Source: Gemmatimonadaceae bacterium
GTDB taxonomy: Bacteria > Gemmatimonadota > Gemmatimonadetes > Gemmatimonadales > Gemmatimonadaceae
Assembly (NCBI GenBank): GCA_040902005.1
Contig: JBBDYA010000021.1
Span: 1-43,611, forward strand
Direction of reading: 5' to 3'
DNA: 43,611 nucleotides
In this document: piece by piece, positions 17,996 through 27,139 of the stretch
Position numbering within the stretch: position 1 is the first letter of the stretch
Layout of the letters: every line of letters begins with the position of its first letter
Program-made: the position numbers and the translations under genes
Notes under the pieces: model-generated
Database searches by the model: none
Told to the model about the DNA's origin: nothing
The model's input: the letters and a program-made list of their open reading frames with translations, nothing else

Positions 17996-18877
17996 ATGCG
18001 CCTCCTGCACCTCCAGACCATCATCGCGGCCACGGACCTGACCGCGACCTCCGACGCCCCGCTGCGAAGCGCCGTTGCGCTGGCCGCGGCCGCGGGCGCC
18101 GCGCTGCACGTCGCGCACGTGGCACCGGCGGATACGGGGATCATCGCTTACCACGGCCGGCGCGCGGAGTTCCTGCACGAGCTCGCGGCGGCCACGAAGC
18201 GGGCGGACGTCCCGGACACGCACACGCCGCACGTGCTCACCGGCGAATCCGCGGCCGCCATCGCGTCCCTGGCGGAGCGCATCGGCGCCGACGTGATCGT
18301 CACGGGACGGCGGCGCGCGGATGCCGCGGTGGCCATGCACCGGCCCCTGGGCGGCACGGCCTACGCGATCATCACCCGCTCCTCGGTGCCATGCCTGGCC
18401 ATCACGGAGCGCCTGGACATGCCGCTGCGCCGCGTGCTGGTAGCGATCGACAAGTCGGAAGCGTCGCACGGCGCACTGCTGGTGGGACTCGCCTGGGCGT
18501 CCGCGCTCCGCAAGCCGCGCGGCGGCCCGCCGGTGCTCACGGCCCTCCACGTGCACGACGAGACGGACGGCGCCGCGGAGCGCGCGCAGCAGGCGGTGGA
18601 CCAGGAGCTGGAGGCGGTCCGCGCCGAAGCAGGCGACTGGGCGGCGGTGACGGTCAGCGGCGTGACCGTGCCCGGCGCGCAGCCGGTGGGCACAATAGCC
18701 GAGGTCGCCGACCGAACCGGCGCGGACCTCATTGTCCTGGGTACCCGCGGCCTGCGCCTGGGCGACGCCGAAGTTCTGGGCTCCGTTTCCGCCGCCGTGC
18801 TTGGCCGCGTGAGCGCGCCTGTACTGCTCGTGCCCCCCGCGATCTGGCGCAATCAGGTGGATCCAACGGCCGACTGA
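17996..18877 (+). CDS. Tandem universal stress protein
   Basis: IIAATDL...ADVIVTG; VLVAIDKS...ADLIVLGTRG...LGSVS...PVLLVPP. Confidence 0.9.
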   Translation: MRLLHLQTIIAATDLTATSDAPLRSAVALAAAAGAALHVAHVAPADTGIIAYHGRRAEFLHELAAATKRADVPDTHTPHVLTGESAAAIASLAERIGADVIVTGRRRADAAVAMHRPLGGTAYAIITRSSVPCLAITERLDMPLRRVLVAIDKSEASHGALLVGLAWASALRKPRGGPPVLTALHVHDETDGAAERAQQAVDQELEAVRAEAGDWAAVTVSGVTVPGAQPVGTIAEVADRTGADLIVLGTRGLRLGDAEVLGSVSAAVLGRVSAPVLLVPPAIWRNQVDPTAD

Positions 18878-18922
18878 AAACGCGCCTGCCGCGGTCCCCA
18901 TCCCTCGGGGGCCGGCGGCCGG

Positions 18923-18937
18923 TCAGGGCTTCCCCGG
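18923..18937 (-). promoter_or_regulatory. Candidate regulator box CCGGGGAAGCCCTGA
   Basis: About 57 bp upstream of the ATPase ATG at 18994; shared motif. Confidence 0.4.
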
Positions 18938-18993
18938 CGCGCGCTTCCCTTCCCGCTGATACGCGGCGCGACGCTTGCGCCCTACCGTTTACC

Positions 18994-20760
18994 ATGCAGA
19001 TCGCGCTGACCTGGCACACCGCGGGGCTCGTCGTGCTCGCGATCACGGGCGCGCCGATCGTGTGGCGAACAGTGCGCGGCGCACTGCGCGGACACTTTGC
19101 GGCGGACCTGGTCGCGTCGCTGGCGATCGTCACCGCGTTCGTCCTGCGCCAGCCGATCGCCGGCCTGGTGATCGTGCTCATGCAGACCGGCGGCGAATAC
19201 CTCGAGCGCTACGCCGCGCGGCGCGCCTCGCGCGCGCTGCGTGAGCTGGAGGACGCGTCACCACGCATCGCGCATCGCCTCGCGGCGGGTGGCGTGGGGG
19301 GGGGCGACGAGGTAACCGACGTGTCCGTGGAGGACGTCCGGGTAAGCGACACGCTGCTCGTGCGTCCCGGCGAACTGGTGCCCGTGGACGCCGTGGTCAC
19401 CGGAGGCGCGTCGTGGGTGGACGCATCGCGTCTCACCGGAGAATCGGTGCCGGTGGACGTCGCCCCGCATTCCCGGCTCATGAGTGGCAGCTGCAACGGC
19501 GACCGTCCGCTCACCGTGCGCGCCACCGCGCTCGCGTCCGAAAGCCAGTACGCGAAGATCGTCGAACTGGTGCGCTCGGCGCAGGCCAGCAAGGCCCCGC
19601 TCCAGCGCATCGCGGACCGGTACGCGGTCTGGTTCACGCCCATCACCCTTGCCGTGTGCGCGATCACGTTCGGTGTCACGCAGGACTGGATGCGCATCCT
19701 CGCGATCCTCGTGGTCGCCACGCCCTGTCCACTGATCCTCGCCACGCCAGTGGCGATCGTGGGGGGAATCAGCCACGCCGCGCGACACGGCATCATCGTG
19801 CGCCACGGCGGCGCGCTGGAAGCGCTCTCGCGCGTCACCGTCGGCGTTTTCGACAAGACGGGCACGCTCACGGTGGGGCGCCCCGAAGTGCATCGCGTGA
19901 TCGCCGACCCGCTCTGGGACAAGGCCACGGTCATCCGGATGGCCGCCGCCGTGGAGCAGGGATCGGGGCACCTGCTGGCGCGTTCGATCGTCGCGGAGTC
20001 CGCGAAGTGGAACGGCGCCCTGCCCGCCGCGGACAGTGTGCGGGAGGACTCCGGCCGCGGCGTGTTTGGCACCGTGGCTGGCCACGACGTGCTGGTCGGC
20101 GGGCGCGCGTTCGTCCGCGAGCACGCCCGCCCGGATGAGCAGCGCATGCGCGCGCTGGAGAGTGGCGCCGCCACGCTCCGCGCCTTCGTCCTGATCGACG
20201 GACAACCCGCGGGGATGATCGAGTTCGCGGATACCGTGCGCCCGAACATCCGTGCCACCTTCGAGCGCATGCGCCGGTCCGGCGTGGAGCGAACGCTGCT
20301 GCTGTCAGGAGATCACCCGCCATATGTGCAGGCGGTGGCCCGCAAGCTTGGCATCGCCGAAGCGAAGGGCAACCTGCTGCCGGCGGACAAGGTGGCGGTC
20401 GTCGCCCAGCTGGAGCATGGCGGTGAGTATGTCCTCATGGTGGGCGACGGAGTGAATGACGCGCCGGCATTGAGCCGGGCCCACGTGGGCGTGGCGCTTG
20501 CGGCGCATGGGCGCGGCATCGCCAGTGAATCCGCGGACGTGATCCTGCTGCAGGACGACGTGAGCGGCGTGGCGGAGGCGGTGGAGATCGGACGCCGCAC
20601 CATGCGCATCGCGCGTCAGAGCATCCTCGTGGGACTCGGGCTCAGCGTGGCCGCGATGGGGTTCGCCGCGTTCGGCATGATCACGCCCGTGGTAGGTGCG
20701 CTGCTCCAGGAGGCCATCGACGTCGCCGTCATCGTGAACGCGCTGCGGACCAGCTGGTGA
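18994..20760 (+). CDS. Heavy-metal P1B-type ATPase, P1B-5 subgroup
   Basis: TGES, ATPCPLILA (PCP), DKTGTLT, GDGVNDAP, QEAID (QExxD); no N-terminal metal-binding or C-terminal hemerythrin domain. Confidence 0.92.
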   Translation: MQIALTWHTAGLVVLAITGAPIVWRTVRGALRGHFAADLVASLAIVTAFVLRQPIAGLVIVLMQTGGEYLERYAARRASRALRELEDASPRIAHRLAAGGVGGGDEVTDVSVEDVRVSDTLLVRPGELVPVDAVVTGGASWVDASRLTGESVPVDVAPHSRLMSGSCNGDRPLTVRATALASESQYAKIVELVRSAQASKAPLQRIADRYAVWFTPITLAVCAITFGVTQDWMRILAILVVATPCPLILATPVAIVGGISHAARHGIIVRHGGALEALSRVTVGVFDKTGTLTVGRPEVHRVIADPLWDKATVIRMAAAVEQGSGHLLARSIVAESAKWNGALPAADSVREDSGRGVFGTVAGHDVLVGGRAFVREHARPDEQRMRALESGAATLRAFVLIDGQPAGMIEFADTVRPNIRATFERMRRSGVERTLLLSGDHPPYVQAVARKLGIAEAKGNLLPADKVAVVAQLEHGGEYVLMVGDGVNDAPALSRAHVGVALAAHGRGIASESADVILLQDDVSGVAEAVEIGRRTMRIARQSILVGLGLSVAAMGFAAFGMITPVVGALLQEAIDVAVIVNALRTSW

Positions 20761-20780
20761 CCTACCCGGCCGGCCCAGGA

Positions 20781-21740
20781 TCAACGCGCGAGGGCGTCGA
20801 CCGGCGGCACCACGAGCACGGAACACGGCGCGGCGCGCAACAGATTTGACGGAGTGCTCCCGATCAGCAGGCGGTCCAGCACGCCGTGACTGTGACTGCC
20901 CGCCGCAATTAGGTTGGCGCCAACGTCCTTCGCCGCGGCGAGAACCTCCTCGACCACGCCGCCGAGACGCAGCTCCCACGTCACGACCAGGCCGGGGTGC
21001 GAGAGGTCCTCCGCCAGCCGAGCCAGTTTGTGCTCGGTGTCCACCGCGTACTTCCGCTCCGTGGCCGCGTCGTGCACCGGACGACCGTTCAGCGCCCACC
21101 GGACATGCACGAGGTGCACTCGCCCCGTCGGTTCCAGCAGCGCCGCCGCCTCGGATGCCGCGCGCGCGCTGGATTCACCGAAGTCCAGCGCGACGACCGC
21201 GGTGTGGAGCAGGTCGCTCGTGTCGCCGCCCACCGCGAGCACCGGAACGTCGCTGAGTCGCGCGACCCGCGCGGCGGTTTCCGCGCCCATCAGTCGCGCG
21301 AGCTTGCCATGCTTGCCCAGTCCGACCACGACCAGGCGCACGTCCCGCTCGCGCGTCAGGCGCGCGATGGCGGTCGCGGGGCTGCCGAACTCCACCGTGA
21401 CCGGCCACTCGGACGCGCCGCGACGCCTGAGCTGCGTGCGGATGCGCCCCAGGACCGCGTCGGCGTACCCATTGTGGATCGTGACCGCCTGCGCTCCGAG
21501 CGCCAGTTCCGCCACGGAGACCGGAACGGGCTCCAGAACCGTCACGACCTCCGGCGCCCAGTCTCCGCGCTCTGCCATGAGCTTGGCGAACGTCACCGCG
21601 CCGCTCGCGACGGTGCTCCCGTCCGTGGCCACCAGGACGGGTTGCGCGAGCTTCGGCGCGCGCGCGGCCCGTCCAGCGGACTGTGGCGGATGCGGCCGGA
21701 GATTTTTCTCCGGTATGCGGCGGGTTTTGCGAGCGGGCAT
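20781..21740 (-). CDS. Tandem universal stress protein
   Basis: VLVATDGS; VVALDFG...GSHSHG...IGST...CSVLVVPP; ATG at 21740 after a GAGGA RBS. Confidence 0.9.
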   Translation of the reverse strand: MPARKTRRIPEKNLRPHPPQSAGRAARAPKLAQPVLVATDGSTVASGAVTFAKLMAERGDWAPEVVTVLEPVPVSVAELALGAQAVTIHNGYADAVLGRIRTQLRRRGASEWPVTVEFGSPATAIARLTRERDVRLVVVGLGKHGKLARLMGAETAARVARLSDVPVLAVGGDTSDLLHTAVVALDFGESSARAASEAAALLEPTGRVHLVHVRWALNGRPVHDAATERKYAVDTEHKLARLAEDLSHPGLVVTWELRLGGVVEEVLAAAKDVGANLIAAGSHSHGVLDRLLIGSTPSNLLRAAPCSVLVVPPVDALAR

Positions 21741-21837
21741 GGAACTTCCTCGTCGTGTAGCGGGGTCGGCCAGCGACTGCGTGATGAAGCTCGGCGTGGC
21801 GGCGGCTCCCGTCAGTCGTGCATTGGCCGGGCCGCCG

Positions 21838-21852
21838 TCAGGGGAATCCGCA
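21838..21852 (-). promoter_or_regulatory. Candidate regulator box TGCGGATTCCCCTGA
   Basis: In the divergent gap about 100 bp upstream of USP3; shared motif. Confidence 0.4.
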
Positions 21853-21930
21853 CGGCATCCTGGCGGCGTCCTGACTGCACCGCTCGTGCCCGGACGGCAT
21901 TGTCCACCTGTACCCATATCGGACTCCATC

Positions 21931-22491
21931 ATGTTCAGATTCATCCGAGCCACGCGCACGGAGCGCAACCGCTGGCTTCCCGGAGATGGGCTGGTGCTCC
22001 CCTCCGTGGGCGCCATGACGCACGCCATTACCATCAACGCGACGCCGCGCCAGATCTGGCCGTGGCTGGTGCAGATGGGATCCGGACGCGCGGGCTGGTA
22101 CAGCTACGACCTGCTCGACAACGGTGGGCACCAGAGCGCCGACGTCATCGTTCCTGAGCTTCAGAAGCTCGATGTGGGAACGGTCATGCCCTGGCTTCCG
22201 AAGTCCCACGAGGGGTTCACGGTGCTGGGCTTCCATGCCGAGCATCACCTGCTGCTGGGCTGGGAGAATCCGGGAAACCCGATTCCCCAGATGAGCTGGG
22301 CCTTCGTGCTCGAGGAGATCGCGCCGGGGGGGCGTACGCGGCTCATCGTTCGCGCGCGGGGACGCAAGGGCTATCGCTTCTTCGGGATGCCCACGTGGAT
22401 GACGAAGTTCACGGCCTCCGTCATCCACTTCATCATGCAGGAAAAGCAGCTGCTGGGCCTGGCGCGCCGCGTCGAAACGATGGCCCGCTAG
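21931..22491 (+). CDS. SRPBCC-like conserved protein
   Basis: LPGD, THAITINATPRQIWPWLVQMGSGRAGWYSYDLLDN, TRLIVR, MQEKQLLG. Confidence 0.8.
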   Translation: MFRFIRATRTERNRWLPGDGLVLPSVGAMTHAITINATPRQIWPWLVQMGSGRAGWYSYDLLDNGGHQSADVIVPELQKLDVGTVMPWLPKSHEGFTVLGFHAEHHLLLGWENPGNPIPQMSWAFVLEEIAPGGRTRLIVRARGRKGYRFFGMPTWMTKFTASVIHFIMQEKQLLGLARRVETMAR

Positions 22492-22494
22492 GGA

Positions 22495-22971
22495 TTACCG
22501 CCGGGTGCGTCGCCGCGCGGCGGTGGTCGAGCGCGCGGCGCGGCCTGTGATGTTCTGGATGTTCAGCCCGTAGATGTGGTGCCGCTCCGGCACGGGATCA
22601 TCGGGCGTGAGCGCCGCGGGCATGATGGTCCGCATCAGCCGCACCGCCTTCTCGTGCTCGCGGCGCTGCACCGGGCCGCCGTACTGCTCCAGCATGTAGA
22701 CGGTGCCCTTGACCACGACGCTCTTCCAGTCGAACGGCCCGGCCACCTCGTCCACCTGGAACGCCACGTACGGATCGCGCGCCAGCGCGGCGAGCTTGGT
22801 CCCGTCGCCGCTTCGAAGGTAGATCCAGCGCCCCTGCGTGACGTAGCCCAGCGGCACGATGTCCACGGTGCCCGCCGTCCTGTACGCGAGGCGTCCCACG
22901 TGATTGCGCTGAAGCACCCGGCGCGACTGCGCCGGCGTGAGTACCGTGAACTTCGGCGTGAGTTTCTTCAT
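22495..22971 (-). CDS. Pyridoxamine 5'-phosphate oxidase-like split-barrel flavoprotein
   Basis: VGRLAY, IVPLGY, GTKL, VAFQVDE, WKSVVVKG, ITGR; alternative start at 23001. Confidence 0.85.
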   Translation of the reverse strand: MKKLTPKFTVLTPAQSRRVLQRNHVGRLAYRTAGTVDIVPLGYVTQGRWIYLRSGDGTKLAALARDPYVAFQVDEVAGPFDWKSVVVKGTVYMLEQYGGPVQRREHEKAVRLMRTIMPAALTPDDPVPERHHIYGLNIQNITGRAARSTTAARRRTRR

Positions 22972-23043
22972 TGTCGAAAGGTGCTGCGGCGAGGTGGGCA
23001 TGACAACATTCACTTCCGGCGGTTCTGATGCATACTTGAGGGC

Positions 23044-23451
23044 ATGCCGCCCTCCCCCACGCCGCTCGCGCGCGTTCGCAGCATCTGCGGGTCCTTTCCC
23101 GGCGCCCACGAGGTGGAAGCGTGGGAGTCACCCACCTTCCGGGTGATGAACAAGCTGTTCGCCATGTACGCCGAGCCCGACAACCATCATGGCGCGGGGC
23201 ATAACGCGGTGTGGATCAAGTCCACGGCAACGAACCAGAGCCTGCTCATCGGCGAGAACCCGAAGCGCTACTTCTCACCGCCGTACGTGGGCCCCAGCGG
23301 CTGGGTGGGCGTGCGCCTGGACGGGCGCGTGAACTGGACGATCGTGAAGGTGCTGCTGCGCGACGGCTACGACCTCGTCGTGGCCAAGCTCCCCAAGAAG
23401 ACGCGGATGACACGGATCACGCGGATCACGCGGAGGAAGGAGAAGGGCTGA
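23044..23451 (+). CDS. MmcQ/YjbR-family protein
   Basis: FPGAHE..W..PTFRV..KLFA; YFSPPYVGPSGWVGVRLD; LLRDGYDLV. Confidence 0.88.
   Translation: MPPSPTPLARVRSICGSFPGAHEVEAWESPTFRVMNKLFAMYAEPDNHHGAGHNAVWIKSTATNQSLLIGENPKRYFSPPYVGPSGWVGVRLDGRVNWTIVKVLLRDGYDLVVAKLPKKTRMTRITRITRRKEKG
23401..23434 (+). repeat. 9-bp tandem repeat (ACRCGGATS x~4) in the YjbR 3' end
   Basis: acgcggatg acacggatc acgcggatc acgcgga, translated TRM-TRI-TRI-TR. Confidence 0.8.
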
Positions 23452-23506
23452 GCTTGCAGCACGGTCCGATTGCGAGTGGCATGGACAGCGCCTAGATACC
23501 TCCCGC

Positions 23507-24073
23507 ATGGGCATCCGCGACCGCGTCAAACAGCTGCTCGAGGACAAGCTGGGCATTCGCATGCTGCGCGGATTCACCGTGGTGGTGGACAACACCCGGG
23601 CCGACATCGCGACCGCCGACGTGCTCGCACGCCTCGACGAGTCCCTGGAACTGATCGAGCGCCATCAACCCTGGCGGCTGCGCCACCTCCAGCGCGACCT
23701 CAAGCAGATTCGCGTGATGCGATACCCCTGCCGCGGCGCGTACTTCCCGGAGCACCGCGCGTGCATGGTGGAGCTCACGTTTCTCGCGCGGCGCGACATC
23801 GGAGCCGCCACCGTCGCGTCCACGATCGTGCATGAAGGCATGCATGCTCGCGTGCACGCCATGGGGGTGGACGAGGCGTCGCGCGACCGCGCCCGCGAGG
23901 AGCGCATCTGCCGACGCGCGGAGCTGGACTTCGGCGAATCACTGCCGCCGGAGATGGGCGCCCCGGTCGTCGCGCGCGCCCTCGAATCCCTGCACCTGGA
24001 CGACCACGACGTGGCCCCCGACATCGACTGGTCCGAAGCGATGCGCCGCGTTTCGGATGCCGATGGGCAATAG
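23507..24073 (+). CDS. Hypothetical protein with HExxH motif (zincin-like)
   Basis: STIVHEGMHA followed by REERIC...E. Confidence 0.75.
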   Translation: MGIRDRVKQLLEDKLGIRMLRGFTVVVDNTRADIATADVLARLDESLELIERHQPWRLRHLQRDLKQIRVMRYPCRGAYFPEHRACMVELTFLARRDIGAATVASTIVHEGMHARVHAMGVDEASRDRAREERICRRAELDFGESLPPEMGAPVVARALESLHLDDHDVAPDIDWSEAMRRVSDADGQ

Positions 24074-24123
24074 GGGAACCGCCCTCCTCCTCCCCCCCCG
24101 CCTCCCCCTTCCCGCCGTCGCCG

Positions 24124-25026
24124 TTGGACAATCTCACCCATACCCTGGTCGGCGCCGCGCTCTCCGAAGCGGGGCTGAAACGCCGCACCCCGCTCGCCGC
24201 CGCTACCCTCATGATCGGCGCGAACTTCCCGGACCTCGACGTCCTCGGATTGTTCTTCCCGAACTCCCTCGACATCCGCCGCGGAACGACGCACGGGTTC
24301 CTGGCCCTCGCGATCCTTCCGTTCGTGCTCGCCTGGCTCGTGGCGCTGTACGACCGCAGGGTGCGGCGATGGCGCCAGCCGAGCGCCCCGCCCGCGGATC
24401 CCCGGCAGCTCCTGATCCTCTCCACCGTCGCGATCTGGAGCCATCCCGCGCTCGACTTCATGAACATCTACGGCATGCGGTGGCTCATGCCCTTCGTCAA
24501 CCAGTGGTTTTACGCCGACGCGCTCTTCATCGTGGACCTCTGGATGTTCCTCGCGCTCCTCGGCGCCGTTCTCCTGTCCCGCCGGATGACGTCCGTGCGC
24601 CCCGCGCGCGCGGCCCTGGGCGCGGTGTCCGTGTACATCGTGGCCATGCTGTGCATCACCGGGGTTGGACGACAGGCCGTCGGCGCCGCCCAGACCAGTC
24701 GGCACTTCATGGTGGGGCCCACCCCGATCACCCCCTGGCAGCGCGAGATCATCGTGGACGAGCCGGAGGGATACCGGTTCGGCACATGGACGCTGTTCGG
24801 CGAGGTGGCGATGGCGTCGACCGTCATGCTGAAGGGGGACACCCTGGATCCGGCCATCCTCGCCGCCCGACGGTCGCCGGAGGCCGCGGCCTTCCTGAAG
24901 TGGTCCCGGTTCCCCTTCTATAGGGTGGAACGCGAGGGCCTGAGGACCCTGGTCCGGATAGCGGACGCCCGGTACGTGGGGAACAGCGGACTGGGCTGGG
25001 CCTCCGTGGAGGTCAGACTACCCTGA
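24124..25026 (+). CDS. Membrane metal-dependent hydrolase (YdjM-like)
   Basis: TTG start; MDNLTH, ANFPDLD, RRGTTHG, SHPALD...YG motifs. Confidence 0.88.
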   Translation: MDNLTHTLVGAALSEAGLKRRTPLAAATLMIGANFPDLDVLGLFFPNSLDIRRGTTHGFLALAILPFVLAWLVALYDRRVRRWRQPSAPPADPRQLLILSTVAIWSHPALDFMNIYGMRWLMPFVNQWFYADALFIVDLWMFLALLGAVLLSRRMTSVRPARAALGAVSVYIVAMLCITGVGRQAVGAAQTSRHFMVGPTPITPWQREIIVDEPEGYRFGTWTLFGEVAMASTVMLKGDTLDPAILAARRSPEAAAFLKWSRFPFYRVEREGLRTLVRIADARYVGNSGLGWASVEVRLP

Positions 25027-25089
25027 CGGGGGCATTCGTCCTATTTTTCGAGGCTCCTAAGTGCTGTCCCCGTATATAGAACCGATCGA

Positions 25090-25710
25090 ATGCCCAAGAG
25101 CCGTCCTCGACTCAAGATCATCCGCCGCTTCGGCGTCCAGCTTCCCGGCCTCACCCGCAAGTCCTCGGAAAAGAAGCCCTACCCGCCCGGCCAGCACGGG
25201 CAGTCCAAGACGGGGCGCAGAAAGACGAGCGAGTACCGCCGTCTTCTCGAGGAGAAGCAGAAAGTCCGCTTCAACTATGGCGTCACGGAAGGCCAGCTCC
25301 GCCGGTACATGGCGCTCGCCCGCAAGATGCCTGGCCGCACCGGTGACAACTTGCTCGCGGTGCTGGAGCGCCGGCTGGACAACGTGGTGTTCCGCATGGG
25401 ATTCGCGCCGACCATTCCCGGCGCGCGCCAGCTGGTATCGCACGGCAACATCCGCGTGAACGGCAAGAAGGTGGATCGTCCCAGCTATCTCACGGAGTCG
25501 GGGGACGCGGTCGCCGTCGCCACGGGCAAGACGCGCGAGCGCGCGCAGCTCATCGAGAACGTGGAGCGCGGCCCGCAGCTCCGGTTGCCGAGCTACATTG
25601 CGATGGATCCGTCCGACAAGTTCGAGGGCCGGGTGATCGGCACCCCGATGAAGGGGGATGTCCCCTTCCCGGTGAACGGCTCCGCCCTGGTGGAGTTCTA
25701 CGCCAGGTAG
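25090..25710 (+). CDS. rpsD: 30S ribosomal protein S4 (standalone, no Cys)
   Basis: PGQHG, SEYRRLLEEKQKVRFNYG, LERRLDNVVFRMGFA..ARQLVSHG, VEFYAR. Confidence 0.96.
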   Translation: MPKSRPRLKIIRRFGVQLPGLTRKSSEKKPYPPGQHGQSKTGRRKTSEYRRLLEEKQKVRFNYGVTEGQLRRYMALARKMPGRTGDNLLAVLERRLDNVVFRMGFAPTIPGARQLVSHGNIRVNGKKVDRPSYLTESGDAVAVATGKTRERAQLIENVERGPQLRLPSYIAMDPSDKFEGRVIGTPMKGDVPFPVNGSALVEFYAR

Positions 25711-25766
25711 CCGGGTATAGCACGGTTCTGGTACCTCCTCACCCCCCTTTGCTCAAGGTGTCCGCA

Positions 25767-26285
25767 ATGCGTCGTTCGATATTCGTACTTCTCCTCGCCG
25801 CCTCTCCCCTGGCTGCCCAGCAGCAGCAGTCGGCAACCAACGTTGGCGTGAGTGCCGCCGGCGCGCATTTCTCCACCGCGCACGGCTACCTGCTTCGCGC
25901 TGCGGAGCAGATTCCGGAATCGCTGTACTCCTTCAAGCCCACCCCTGAAATCCGGTCGATCGGCCAGCTGTTCGGCCACGTCGCCAATGCCGAGTTCATG
26001 TTCTGCGGCCTCATCCTCGGCGAGTCCGTGCAGCGCGAGAACGTGGAACGGACGAAGACCGCCAAGGCAGATCTGGTGCAGGCGCTCAAGGAGTCCGGCA
26101 CGTACTGCGCGCGCGCGTACGAGATGAACGACGACGCCGCCAGCGCGATGATCAACGTCTTCGGCACGCAGCGCTCCAGGCAGTACGCGCTGACGATGAA
26201 CGCCATCCACGACTGGGAGCACTACGGCAACATCGTGACGTACATGCGCCTCAAGGGCATGGTGCCTCCCTCGTCGCAGCGGTAG
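25767..26285 (+). CDS. Exported DinB-family protein
   Basis: Signal peptide; FKPTPEIRSIGQLFGH; HDWEHYGNIVTYMRLKGMVPP. Confidence 0.88.
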   Translation: MRRSIFVLLLAASPLAAQQQQSATNVGVSAAGAHFSTAHGYLLRAAEQIPESLYSFKPTPEIRSIGQLFGHVANAEFMFCGLILGESVQRENVERTKTAKADLVQALKESGTYCARAYEMNDDAASAMINVFGTQRSRQYALTMNAIHDWEHYGNIVTYMRLKGMVPPSSQR

Positions 26286-26317
26286 GGACAGGGACAACCG
26301 ATCCGTTCCGGAGAGGA

Positions 26318-27058
26318 GTGAGGCGGTCTTTCCTGTTCGCGTACTGCCTCATTCCCTCCATCGCGACTGCGCAGGAGCCGTCCAGGAAGATCGAGGGTGA
26401 GCTCAGCGGCAATGCCTTCTTCGGCAACACCCGCCAGATGCTGTTCAGCGTGCGCGCCGAGCATGAGCGGCTGGACAGCGCGAGTGCATTCCGCCTGGTC
26501 TCACGGTTCAACTACGGGCAGACCACGACCGAAGCCGTGGGAACCGTCGTGAGCAAGCGATCCTGGCATGCCGGCAGCAACTACGACTGGCGCCCCTACG
26601 CGGACTTCACGCCGTTCGTGCGGGCCTCGATCGAATCCAGCTTCGAGAATCGCATCGCCCGCCGGTACAGCGGGGGAACCGGCTCGCGACTCAACGTGGT
26701 CCGCACGGCCGCCACGGACGCCATCCTGAGCCTCGGCGTGAATGGTGAACGCACGGAGGCGCTGGCGCCCGGTGATTCGGTGGGCGCGAAGGTGCTCGCG
26801 CGTGGATTCACCAGTCTGCGGATGCGGCGGGACTTCTCGTCGCGCATCGCGGCCACCAGCGAAACATCATGGGAGCCGGCGCTTACCACGGGGGGTGACT
26901 ACACCCTCCAGTCGGTGACCGCACTCAAGATTCGCCTCGCGAGCTTCGCCGGGCTCACGCTGATGGTCCGCGACCACTACGACAGCAAGTCGGTAGAGCG
27001 CGGCGCGCGCACCAACAACGACGTCGAACTGCTGGTGGGCCTGCTCACCACGTTCTGA
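26318..27058 (+). CDS. DUF481-like outer-membrane beta-barrel protein
   Basis: GAGGAG RBS plus GTG start; signal peptide; GNT motif; amphipathic strands; C-terminal Phe. Confidence 0.75.
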   Translation: MRRSFLFAYCLIPSIATAQEPSRKIEGELSGNAFFGNTRQMLFSVRAEHERLDSASAFRLVSRFNYGQTTTEAVGTVVSKRSWHAGSNYDWRPYADFTPFVRASIESSFENRIARRYSGGTGSRLNVVRTAATDAILSLGVNGERTEALAPGDSVGAKVLARGFTSLRMRRDFSSRIAATSETSWEPALTTGGDYTLQSVTALKIRLASFAGLTLMVRDHYDSKSVERGARTNNDVELLVGLLTTF

Positions 27059-27139
27059 CGCGCGCAGGCGCGCCGACGGCGAGTGGCTAGCTTTCACTCG
27101 TCCATTCCACCCCCCCCGTTGGCCATTTCTCGCAGGTCG

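Noticed and set aside
17749..18993. Apparent 415-aa N-terminal extension of the P-type ATPase (similarly ORF starts at 20914, 32477, 36226)
   Set aside because: Low-complexity Arg/Gly/Ala sequence overlapping real genes; family similarity begins at later starts.
25012..25026. Regulator-box match GTCAGACTACCCTGA upstream of rpsD
   Set aside because: Coincides with the last codons and stop of the previous gene and lacks the GG half-site.
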